NCBI GenBank assembly: GCA_002269645.1
Contig: NIVC01000051.1
Location: 806,001-870,000, forward strand
Direction of reading: 5' to 3'
Source of the DNA: Macrostomum lignano
Taxonomy: Eukaryota
Length of the DNA stretch: 64,000 nucleotides
Shown: piece after piece, positions 36,268-47,403 of the stretch
How the letters are laid out: each line of letters opens with the position of its first letter
How positions within the stretch are numbered: the stretch's first letter is position 1
The notes under the pieces: generated by a model
What the model was told of the DNA's origin: nothing
Seen by the model: only the letters and a program-made list of their open reading frames with translations
Databases searched by the model: none
Made by a program: the position numbers and the translations under genes

Positions 36268-37226
36268 ATTTATCCATTGTTCGGAATATCTCTAATTTGG
36301 AAACTTATGGCAATAACATTCAGACGCTTTAATAACAACACTTTACGTTCATCCCCCACTTAAATATTCGGTTTTTGGTGTTTGCTTCAAAGTAAATTTC
36401 ATTTACAATCGTGTGCCTGTAATCAAACAGAAAGAAAAATGGCAGACAATCATTATATCGGAGAGATCGCCATTCTCGGCGACTTCACCCATTAAGTATT
36501 CGAATCTCTTCTAGTGTGACAGTCGAAAGATTTCAAGCATTCTTTGCTTTAGCTTCGGGCAATGCCAAATTTCATTGAGTCTCTGCTCATATCATGGGAT
36601 GATAAACCCTCTGAAAGCTAATTGATTTCAGCGAGAGGTTCAAAGCCAACTATCTAAGCAATCAAGTCACACTACTGATACTTTAGATAAGTCTCTAAGT
36701 AAGAAAAGTAGACATTTGCAGTCAAGCACTCACTAAGATAGGTCATTGACACGAGTCAGCCAGTTATGTAAGATAAATGATGCATTTTTCCATCTATTTA
36801 GGTCTATAAGCTACGCTCGTACATGTAATGATGAGAAACACATGTTTCAAATTCACAACGCCCCTATGCTTCTTTTAAAGATACACGACACCTCAATTGG
36901 TCCTAAAGGTTCAGTACATTCTTACATTCACACCACACATTGTGTCACCATATACTCCAAAATGCATCTAACAAAAATAAATTCATTTATTTAAAAAATT
37001 TTCCTACCTCTAGCAGAACTATCGTACACTTACACTCGAGATGTGTGTAACATATCTAACCAGTGTTAAATTTAACTTTGAAATTATTTTGCTTTAAAAT
37101 ATCACATTACAAATTAAACTTCTAACGGCCGCTTTTATCAACAATGATATCTGCTATTTACAAGCACTAAAACCTAAATGTACATCTAAATGTATTTGTG
37201 CTGTGAAGCTGAAGTACAGTTCAATA

Positions 37227-37446
37227 CAGTCAGGGACATTGAAAAGTCTCCACTCGATCTAGTGAGCCCTTTCTCTCCGATCGCAACATGGCATCCCGCG
37301 CAGGAAACGGTAGCCATTGTTCAATTGCCCACAATAGGGACTGATGAGTCATAGATGCGACTTTTATGGTCAGAATGCCAAAATAAGAGTCAATTGTGAC
37401 TCAGTACTCGTAGATCAGTGTGGATACTTTTCAATGTCCCTGAGTG
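37227..37446. mobile_element. Tc1/mariner-type MITE, 220 bp, TA TSD
   Basis: TA|CAGTCAGGGACATTGAAAAGT ... ACTTTTCAATGTCCCTGAGTG|TA. It is absent from the paralogous arm near 41285. Confidence 0.85.
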
Positions 37447-37741
37447 TATGTGCAAAAAATAGCAAAAATAACCTTAACTTTGCAAAATTCGTTAAATCCA
37501 ATTATATTGTTATAGACTTAATGATAACGATGGTTTAGATTTCCGCCTAAACCATTTATTTTCGCATCAATTTAATGCGAAACACATAATGCATACACAC
37601 GCAGACACGACCGTTGTGCAAGTACGCAGTAGTCGAATTAAGTGCGCGCAGTACTGTACGCAAATAAAAATGACACATATCCAAGTACAATGGCTGGGTA
37701 ATTAAGCTGTCATTAGGCCTTTAGACAGATTGTCAAAGTTC

Positions 37742-38329
37742 TCAGTCTCCCAGCACCAGAACCTCGTATTCCTTGCTCTTATGCTCGGTTCCGCCGTACG
37801 GAAAGTAGGCGCAGCGGCGGCTCTTGTGCACCTTGCCCACGCACACGGAGCCATCGACCTGCATAAAGATTAGTGAACAGCAATGTTGAGCGCAATAACT
37901 AATAATATACATGTACCACCTTGCAGTTCAAGGTGTCCGCAGGCTTAAGTGAACTGCAGTTTTTACCTCGCCACGAGCGATGTACAGCGGCTCAGCGTTC
38001 TTCTCTCGGCCAGCCACCAGCGCCTTCTTCGGTACGTCGCCGTCTTCCTCCTTCACCCACTTGAAGCCCCTGCCGTAGCAGCCAATGTCGGAGCGGACCA
38101 GCACCTCGTACTCGGTGATGGAATGCTCTGTGCCACCATAGGGCACGAAGGCAGCAGTGCAGCCCTGAGACAGCTGGCCCGGCACCCAGAAGCCATCGAG
38201 CTTGGCTCGGACAACGTAGCAGCCAGGAGCAGCCTCGACAGCGTTTGGCGGGATGTCACCGTCGGTGGCAGGCTGCCAGCTGACGCAGATCTCGATGCCC
38301 TTGAATCCGGCGTGCTTCACCTTGCTCAT
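37742..38329 (-). CDS. DM9-repeat (DUF3421) protein, copy 1, 159 aa; exons 38329-37967 and 37858-37742
   Basis: Two DM9 repeats (WQPATDGDIPPNAV..YVVRA..PG..AFVPYGGTEH..EYEVL; WVKEEDGDVPKKALVAG..LYIARG..VGKVH..AYFPYGGTEH..EYEVL). 108-bp phase-0 intron. Confidence 0.92.
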
Positions 38330-38428
38330 TGTGCAGGGGTGTTGCCTGACTGTTTCGGGAATGCTTTGACTCTTGAGTGAGCTGTTGAGTAATTGTGTGT
38401 GAGCTTTTCGGAGTCAAACTGCTGCAGC

Positions 38429-38435
38429 TTAAATA
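38429..38435 (-). promoter_or_regulatory. Putative TATA box (TATTTAA) of DM9 copy 1
   Basis: About 100 bp upstream of the ATG and conserved in both paralogues. Confidence 0.5.
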
Positions 38436-38949
38436 GACAGCGCAGAGCTCATCTGCATGACTGGCACGTGACGGCATTGACTAAGAGTATGATAACGTGC
38501 AATTCGTTAAATTGCCTTTGACTTTTAACTTTTTCACTTTCATTTCACCTCGCTAGTTGCAGCACTTCGTGCTTCGACTGGCAGAGCACTTTGCTTGCAA
38601 CGCGAGAGCTTTTAGAATTGAGGGCGCAGGGAACCTATTCTCACAAATACATTTACGTAAACACAAATTTGCAAATGTTGCTCGCAATAGATGCTTTGTT
38701 ATTTACCTGGAAACAGCCGAGAATAAGACAAGAATTTTATGAAATTTGAACAGCACTGAATATCTGCACACTGACAAGCGCCTTTAGCAGTGACCTAAGG
38801 GTCAGCGTTTTGGAATTCCATTGTCGATTGACTGACTATACAACTAGGAATTGGGGTGGTTGAGCGAAGGGGTGAGATTATTTTGTGTGAGATAATCAGG
38901 GATGAGTTTTCGGGGATGCGATTATCATGCATGAGATTATACGAGAGGA

Positions 38950-39480
38950 AAACGGTGTCTGGAGTTGGCTCAAGCCAAACAGAAGGAAGCTGATCCTAGG
39001 CGTCCTGAACCTTCATAGCACCAGATGGGGGAGCAGCGAAGAACAGGGCAAAGAAAGGCAGCCGAACTTGGGGACTGATTAGACGAATTTGGCTGCAGGG
39101 TCCTGAACGACGGAGCCCCGACTCGAGTAGACTGGCTGACAGGACGTCTCGTTAGCAGCCGGGGAGTTGGCGGAGCGGTGCAAATGGGTAAATAATTTAA
39201 AGGTCTGAGCGAAGCCATGATAAAGGCTGCGAAATTGAGTATCCCAAAGAAAAAAGTGGGCGAATTAACAAGCCGTTCTGGGGCGAGGAACTATAGATGC
39301 ATTGCAGAATGAACGGGAAAATTTCCTAAGAGACACGGCGGAAGGAAGTCAAGAATGGCCGGTGGAAAACAGAAAGACCCGGCAGCAAAGGAATCGTACA
39401 GACCAGTTAGCTTGATATCGGTCTGCGCTAAGCTCATGAAAAGAATGGCGACCAAGGCTGTATTACTGGCTAGAGGAGAA
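38950..39480 (+). mobile_element. Heavily deleted LINE remnant (endonuclease end + RT start) in the DM9 spacer
   Basis: LDEFGCRVLNDGAPTR (APE C-terminal) and KDPAAKESYRPVSLISVCAKLMKRM (RT N-terminal YRPISL motif). Confidence 0.75.
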
Positions 39481-40474
39481 CAGCATTATCCGGCCTTGGC
39501 AAAGCTGGTTTCCGAAGAGGCAGAAGCACAGAAGAGCAAGTGATGGACGGGCCCGGTGCCAGGACGGGCCCGAAGACCTGGTCCACTGGCTCTCGTGCCC
39601 AGCCCTACGTCAAGCGAGGCTGGATATCTTCGATGACGACGACGTTCCACTCGAGACTCTGACGGCCGCCCCCGCTGGCGCTGGCGAGGCGGTCCTTTTA
39701 GACCAACAACAACAAAAACAACAGCAGTAGCTTCTCGCACCTGTTTCTGCACCTGGCTATCAGAATGAGTGAAATGATCAACTGTTTCAATAAGAGCTTT
39801 TGTCCTCAGTATTTTAGCGCGAACAATCTTATGGGGGAGGATTAGGAAGAAATCTCTGATAATCTCATCCCTGATGATATCATCCATGATAATCTCATCC
39901 CTCATTATCTCATTCCTGATAGTCTTATCCCCGATAATTGTATATTTATTTATTTCATGTTTTTTCCCAGTCCTGATAATGTCATACATAAAAATTTAAA
40001 TCGCAGATAAACTTATTTCTGATAAGTTTATTCCAGATAATCCTATTTATCTCAGATATCATCACTATTAATCTCATCCTTGAGGATTGGATCCCGCACT
40101 ATGAGATTAATCTCATCTCTGAAAAAATCATCCGTAACAATCTCAGTCCTAATTCACACAACTCACACAACTTCATTTCTAGTAGTTGTCTAATTTTAAT
40201 CACAAAACTGCCTCATCCTCAAAAATCTCGCTGTGGCTGTTTTTGCAAATTTGTGTTTACGTACATGTATTTGTGAGAATACGCTCGTAGGTTCCCTGTG
40301 CCCTCAATTCTAAAAGCTCTCACGTTGCAAGCAAAGTGCTCTGCCAGTCGAAGCACGAGGTGCTGCAACTAGCGAGGCGAAATGAAAGTGAAAAAGTTAA
40401 AATGCAAAGGCGATTAGAATTGCACGTTGTCAGTGCCGTGACGTGCCAGTCATGCAGATGAGCTCTGCGCTGTC

Positions 40475-40481
40475 TATTTAA
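40475..40481 (+). promoter_or_regulatory. Putative TATA box (TATTTAA) of DM9 copy 2
   Basis: About 90 bp upstream of ATG 40573; mirror of copy 1. Confidence 0.5.
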
Positions 40482-40572
40482 GCTGCAGAAGTTTGACTCC
40501 GAAAAGCTCACACACAACTCAACAGCTCACTCAAGAGTCAAAGCATTCCCGAAACAGTCTGGCAACACCACA

Positions 40573-41160
40573 ATGAGCAAGGTGAAGCACGCCGGATTCA
40601 AGGGCATCGAGATCTGCGTCAGCTGGCAGCCTGCCACCGACGGTGACATCCCGCCAAACGCTGTCGAGGCTGCTCCTGGCTGCTACGTTGTCCGAGCCAA
40701 GCTCGATGGCTTCTGGGTGCCGGGCCAGCTGTCTCAGGGCTGCACTGCTGCCTTCGTGCCCTATGGTGGCACAGAGCACTCCATCACCGAGTACGAGGTG
40801 CTGGTCCGCTCCGACATTGGCTGCTACGGCAGGGGCTTCAAGTGGGTGAAGGAGGAGGACGGCGACGTACCGAAGAAGGCGCTGGTGGCTGGCCGAGAGA
40901 AGAACGCGGAGCCGCTGTACATCGCTCGTGGCGAGGTAAAAACTGCAGTTCACTTAAGCCTGCGGACACCTTGAACTGCAAGGTGGTACATGTATATTAT
41001 TAGTTATTGCGCTCAACATTGCTGTTCACTAATCTTTATGCAGGTCGATGGCTCCGTGTGCGTGGGCAAGGTGCACAAGAGCCGCCGCTGCGCCTACTTT
41101 CCGTACGGCGGAACCGAGCATAAGAGCAAGGAATACGAGGTTCTGGTGCTGGGAGACTGA
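40573..41160 (+). CDS. DM9-repeat (DUF3421) protein, copy 2, 159 aa; exons 40573-40935 and 41044-41160
   Basis: Same protein as copy 1; GAG|GTAAAA..ATGCAG|GTC intron. Confidence 0.92.
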
Positions 41161-41364
41161 GAACTTTCACTAATAATGACTGTCGAGACGGCTGCCGTTA
41201 TCATTAGGTCGTCTAAAGCAATATATACATGTACATCATGTAATTGGATTTAACAAACTCTGCAAAGTTGAGACTATTTTTCCGTTCTTGCACATAACTT
41301 GAGTTGTTATTTCAGCTTACTGAAACTCAAGCGTTTTCAGATGTAATATTAGGATTTAATCATT

Positions 41365-42110
41365 AGAGGCTGTATTCCCGTGTCTAACAGGATCAGACTG
41401 CGGCTGGTTTCCCATATCTAACAGGATCACAGAGTGAGGCTGGTTTCCCATATCTAACAGGATCACAGAATGAGATTGGTTTCCCATATCTAACAGGATC
41501 AGAGTGAGGATGCTTTCCCATATCTAACAGGATCAAAGTGAGGCTGCTTTCTCATATCTAACGGGACCAAAGTGAGGCTGCTTTCCCATATCTAACAGGA
41601 TCACAGAGTGAGATTGGTTTCCCATATCTAACAGGATCAGAGTGAGGATGCTTTCCCATATCTAACAGGATCAAAGTGAGGCTGCTTTCTCATATCTAAC
41701 GGGACCAAAGTGAGGCTGCTTTCCCATATCTAACAGGATCAGAGTGAGGATGCTTTCCCATATCTAACAGGATAAGAGTGAGACTGGTTTCCCATATCTA
41801 ACAGGATCAGAGTGAGGCTGGTTTCCCATATCTAACAGGATCAGAGTGAGGCTGGTTTCCCATATCTAACAGGATCAGAGTGAGGCTGTTTTCCCATATC
41901 TAACAGGATCAGAGTGAGGCTGTTTTCCCATATCTAACAGGATCAGAGTGAGGCTGGTTTCCCATATCTAACAGGATCAGAGTGAGGCTGTTTTCCCATA
42001 TCTAACAGGATCAGAGTGAGGCTGGTTTCCCATATCTAACAGGATCAGAGTGAGGCTGGTTTCCCATATCTAACAGGATCAGAGTGAGGCTGGTTTCCCA
42101 TATCTAATTT
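41365..42110. repeat. 34-bp minisatellite (GCTGGTTTCCCATATCTAACAGGATCAGAGTGAG)
   Basis: About 21 tandem units. Confidence 0.95.
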
Positions 42111-42974
42111 ACTTTCTTTCATGGTTTCCCATACCCAGACAGGTGTCTAACAGACTTTCGTATCGACTTTGCTTTCACTTCTGTGTACAAGTGAATTTAT
42201 ATTAGAAGTTTTTTTCAATAATTTATAACACTTTAACAAGAAGCTGAAATTAATGTGGCTAAAAGAAAGATATTTCCTGTAATCAAAAGCAACCTCTAAT
42301 AAATGAATAAGTGCCCAGTGTACCGATAAATATTATTAAGACTGATTATTAGCAAGTTATTATGAAAGGCGCTGATTTAACATTGGACCGTATATATTGT
42401 TTACCTTCGTTAAAAAATAGATAGAGCTTAGATGGAAAAATACATATAAATAAACATTATATAATATATCAAAATGCCAAAATAGTAAACTCCTAATTTG
42501 CTGATACAAGTAGTATAGAGAGGATGATAGGGAGACGGTGAGAGTGCATGGGAACAGGGAACTATTGAAACTCGAATGACTATTTGATATAATATTCCTA
42601 ACAAGCTAAAATTGCCACTTAATTATTACTGATTACATAAACAGTAGGTAATAACAGTAGTATGTCTTGGACATGCGGCCAACACTAGTTAGAATGTTTC
42701 ACTTTCTTTCAAAACTTTGGGCCAACACGATAAAAATTGGATTATAGCGAGTTGGATTGGAAAATAAATTAAATAGAAGTTTGGATATAGAAAATTCAGG
42801 CATGAAGACTCGCCCACTTTATTCTGAATCTCAATGGAACTTTCTGTCTCGGTCAACCTCTGCCTAATAGTTTTTATTATATTTAATATTAGTTAAGCCT
42901 CTATAGATCTATGATTTCGTGTTGTATGGCAGTAATGAGGTCTACGACCACTGACTGCCGCAAACTGACTGCCG

Positions 42975-43890
42975 ACTCCAACCCTAACCCTAACCTAAAC
43001 CTTAGCCTAAACCCTAAACCAGGGGTCGGCAAACTCCGGCCCGCCAAGCCTCTTTATCCGGCCCTCTGGTCCTTTGAAACTTCACAATGGCAATCCGACC
43101 CGCTCAAGGTTTGTCTCTTCTCTTCTCTCACCTTCTCCTCTCTATTCATCACTCCTCTCCTCTCTTCTCCTTTTTAGCTATCTTAACTCTCTCTTCTCCA
43201 CTCCCTCTTCTCTCTGCCCTCCTCTGACCAGCAGTCATGCGCTAGATTCTCTGTCTGGCCCTTAAGGTAAAAAAGTTTGCCGACCCCTGATCTAAACCTA
43301 AACCCAAACCTTAGCCTAAACCTAAACCTAAACCCAAGCAAACGTTAGCCTAAACCCTAAACCCAAAACCCAAACCTTAGCCTAAACCTAAACCTAAACC
43401 CAAACAAACCTTAGCCTAAACTCTAAACCCTAAACCCAAACCTTAGCCTAAACCTAACCTAAACCCAAAAAACCTTAGCCTAAAACCTAAACCCTACACC
43501 CAAACCTAAGCCTAAACCTAAACCTAAACCCAAACAAACCTTAGCCTAAACCTAACCTAAACCCAAAAAACCTTAGCCTAAAACTTAACCCTACACCCAA
43601 ACCTTAGCCTAAACCTAAACCTAAACCCAAACAAACCTTAGCCTAAAACCTAAACCCTACACCCAAACCTTAGCCTAAAACCTAAACCCTACACCCAAAC
43701 CTTAGCCTAAAACCTAAACCCTACACCCAAACCTTAGCCTAAACCTAAACCTAAACCCAAGCAAACGTTAGCCTAAACCCTAAACCCTACACCCAAACCT
43801 TAGCCTAAACCTAAACCTAAACCCAAACAAACCTTAGCCTAAAACCTAAACCTAAACCCAAACCTGCCTAAACATAAACCCAACCCTAAA
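42975..43890. repeat. Degenerate telomere-like array (CCCTAA/CCTAAA/CCCAAA) organised into higher-order units
   Basis: Starts aaccctaaccctaacctaaacc and continues as cctaaacccaaaccttagcctaaa units. Confidence 0.85.
43020..43289 (+). mobile_element. hAT/Charlie-type MITE, 270 bp, inserted in the telomere-like array
   Basis: TIRs CAGGGGTCGGCAAACT / AGTTTGCCGACCCCTG. Flanks CCCTAAAC / ATCTAAAC (6/8 match, TSD-like). Confidence 0.9.
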
Positions 43891-43958
43891 TTCTCCGCAA
43901 TCAAATGGCTGTCAGTGTCCTGTAGCTGTTAAAAATAACCTAAAGTTTCAAATTGCAT

Positions 43959-46312
43959 TCAGACAAAGTGCCATTTGCCAACACTGTCTGGCACTCGACT
44001 TTCCGGCTTGTCATTAGCCGGTGCAGCAGCCGGAGCAGCGGACACGGCGGCATCGGCGGCCGGCTGGTCGATGCCGCTGGAGCTGCCAACAACCGACACA
44101 TTGTCGCGGGCGATGCCGTGAGCATCTCCGCTGGCGCCCTGCATCATAGCCTGCCACTGCTTGTGCGTCTCCTCAATCACGCCCAGCGCAAAGTCCCTGT
44201 CCCGAAATTCTCCATTAAAAGCGAATTCGTTCGCCGGCTTGCCCTGCGGCATTTTGTAGACGCGGAACCAGCGCCGCGTGGCGTCCAGGAATCCCGGCAT
44301 GGCGGCCTCGATATCCGCCAGGCCGTTCAGCTGACTGGCCAGCGGGTCCTCGGCGTCGATTACGAGAATCTTCCAGTCGGTCTCGCCTTCATCGATCAGG
44401 CCCAGCAGGCCGAGCGGCTTGACGCGGATGACCGAACCGCGGGGGTGCACCTGCGGGAGAGGGGATTTTTGATTGGGATTTTGAAATGGGATTTTATTAA
44501 CTGTGACTCTGAAGTGGGGATTTTTGATTGGGATTTTGAAATGGGATTTTATTAACTGTGACTCTGAAGTGGGGATTTTTTATTGGGATTTTGAAATGGG
44601 ATTTTATTAACTGGAACTCTGAAGTGGGGATTTTTTATTGGGAGTTTGAAATGGGATTTTATTAACTGGAACTCTGAAGTGGGGATTTTTGATTGGGATT
44701 TGGAAATGGGATTTTATTAACTGGAACTCTGAAGTGGGGATTTTTGATTGGGATTTTGAAATGGGATTTTATTAACTGGGACTCTGAAGTGGGGATTTTT
44801 GATTGGGATTTTGAAATGGGATTTTATTAACTGTGACTCTGAAGTGGGGATTTTTGATTGGGATTTTGAAATGGGATTTTATTAACTGTGACTCTGAAGT
44901 GGGGATTTTTGATTGGGATTTTGAAATGGGATTTTATTAACTGGGACTCTGAAGTGGGGATTTTTTATTGGGATTTTGAAATGGGATTTTATTAACGGAC
45001 TCTTGAGTGGGGATTTTTTTGGGATTTTGAAATGGGATTTTATTATCTGGGACTCTGAAGTGGGGATTTTTGATTGGGATTTTGAAATGGGATTTTATTA
45101 ACTGGGACTCTGAAGTGGGGATTTTTGATTGGGATTTTGAAATGGGATTTTATTAACTGCGACTCTGAAGTGGGGATTTTTTATTGGGATTTTGAAATGG
45201 GATTTTATTAACTGGAACTCTGAAGTGGGGATTTTTGATTGGGATTTTGAAATGGGATTTTATTAACTGGGACTCTGAAGTGAGGATTTTAGTAATTGAG
45301 ATTCTGAAGCGGGGATTTCAGTAACTGGGATTCTGATGCGAGTATTTTTGATTGGGATTCTGAAGAGGGGATTCTGGATTGGGATTCTGAAGCGAGGATT
45401 TTTTATTGGGATTCTGAAGCGGGTATTTTTTATTGAGATTCTGAAGAGGGGATTCTTGATTGGGATTTTAAAGTGGATTCTTTTTAGGATTTTGAAATGG
45501 GATTTTAGTAACTGGGATTCTGAAGCGGGAATTTTAATAATTGGGATGCTGAAGTGGGAATTTTAGATTGGCGTTCTGAAGAGGAGATTTTTTATTGGGA
45601 TTCTCTAGAGGGGATTTTTTATTGGGTTTCTGAGGAGGGAAATTTTATTGGGTTTCTGAGGAGGGAAATTTTATTGGGTTTCTGAGGAGGGAAATTTTAT
45701 TGGGTTTCTGAGGAGGGGATTTTTGATTGGAATTACGAAGAGGCCTTAATAACTGGAATTCTGAAGCGGGGATTCAAAATGTAATTATGAAGAGGGGATT
45801 TTAACTGGAATCAGGGATTTAATTAACACATGCAATCACAGATTCAGGATCTGGGAAGTGTACAATCTGGGATCTGGGACGCATAATTCAGACATTCCAG
45901 CTCCCCAGACCACACAGCTGACCTTGGACCCAATCTCGCAGACGTCCAGCGGATCGTTGTCACCCTTGGCGCCGGTGCGCTCGTCCATGTGTCCGGGATC
46001 CTCCCAGGTCTGCGGCAGGGCGCCATAGTTCCAGATGTAGCCGTGGAATGGAAATACGTTATCAACGAATCGCAGAGCGCCCTTCTTGACGTCTTGCACA
46101 ATCGGGTTCAGGCGCTGCTCCTTGCTAATCTCCATTTTGGCGTTGGTCCAACGAGGAATTTCAACGATCATGTTGAACTCTTTACTTGAGCTGTCGGCGT
46201 GCAGAGGAATGTCGTGGAATGCCGATAGAGGGCCGTTAGGACCGGTGATGTACAACTTGTAGTCTGACGTGTACACGGATCCGCGTTCAATAATACCGTA
46301 GCGACCGGACAT
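43959..46312 (-). CDS. PPA1: Family I inorganic pyrophosphatase, 293 aa from ATG 46312; exons 46312-45923 and 44450-43959
   Basis: [57 protein letters not shown] and RWFRVYK..GKP.N.FAF. AAG|GT..CAG|GT intron. PPA1 versus PPA2 cannot be resolved from sequence. Confidence 0.95.
44460..45810. repeat. 55-bp minisatellite (GAAGTGGGGATTTTTGATTGGGATTTTGAAATGGGATTTTATTAACTGGGACTCT), decaying into shorter subunits, in the PPA intron
   Basis: About 15 near-perfect units to ~45300, then degenerate. Confidence 0.95.
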
Positions 46313-47403
46313 GGTTTTGGCTCCAGAAATGATAGACGATGCTAAATTTGGCGTACTCTGAAAGCTGCGAAGGCAACAACGTAGGTGGACTCTTCCTGAC
46401 AGCAAGGCGAGGGCACTGATCACTGCAGTGTTAGGGAGTGTGCATATTTTTTTTCTCAAAAAACGCAATGATCAAACTCCAACACGAGATTGATTTAGAT
46501 TTTGATTTATTGAGGCACTAACAAATTAAGGTTTGTCAATAGTAATTAAATAATGATAATACCATTTCTATTACTCTGTTTCTATTATTAATAGAATAAA
46601 AAACTACTTACTTTAGAAATGCCGAGGCACGATTATAATAGAATGAATTCGGGCAGTAAGACGAGGCGACATAAAACCTACTTACTACAGCAGGCAAACG
46701 AGAGCAAATAGGTGGCTAACGTTAAGTTGCAGGCCTTTATGGTTAGAAGAGGGACAAGAAGGCCGAGAAGCTTAAGTGCGTTGTGCTAGCATTGGGGGCA
46801 GGAAGGGGGTTTACAGTGGAGAAGGAAGAGCGCTTAAGTGATAAATTCAGTTCAGTGGAAGGGGGTTAGAAAATCTAAATGTACATCTCTTTGATTCACC
46901 CCGCCCGCCCCCCTTCAAGGCCAAATAGTTTTCTATCCCGATTGCAACGCCTAAGCTCAACGTTTTCCGTCTCCCCAAAACGTCCGTCTCCCCAAGACCA
47001 ACCCCCCATCCAAACAACCCGCGGCCTTTCACTCTGTACATTGGATCCTATCCTATATTTAGAATGTGGCGCTCACTCCCCCAAAACCTTTTTCTTACCC
47101 CTCCGTCCGCCAACCCTTTTACTATGCAAGCCGACGTCAGTCCAACGTATTGCATTAAACTGGTTTTATCTATTGCACTGTGGCTCCTTCGCTTGTCCAA
47201 AGCTTTTCCTTCGTATAAATTAAGATTAGAATTGTAACTGCTTTGCTCAACGGAAGTGTACCATTAAAGAGAAAGGTCTGCCCGCCCAGGGACCTTGTAC
47301 ACGTGTACAGATTTGCGTCATCAGACCAAACTAGCTCAGAGTTCTGCTGATCCGAGGTAAAAGCTAGTTATTTCAACACAATCATCGCCAACATCATCAG
47401 GCA

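Noticed and set aside
39486-39989. 167-aa minus-strand ORF with IIRDE repeats
   Set aside because: It derives from subterminal repeats of a decayed element and has no domain.
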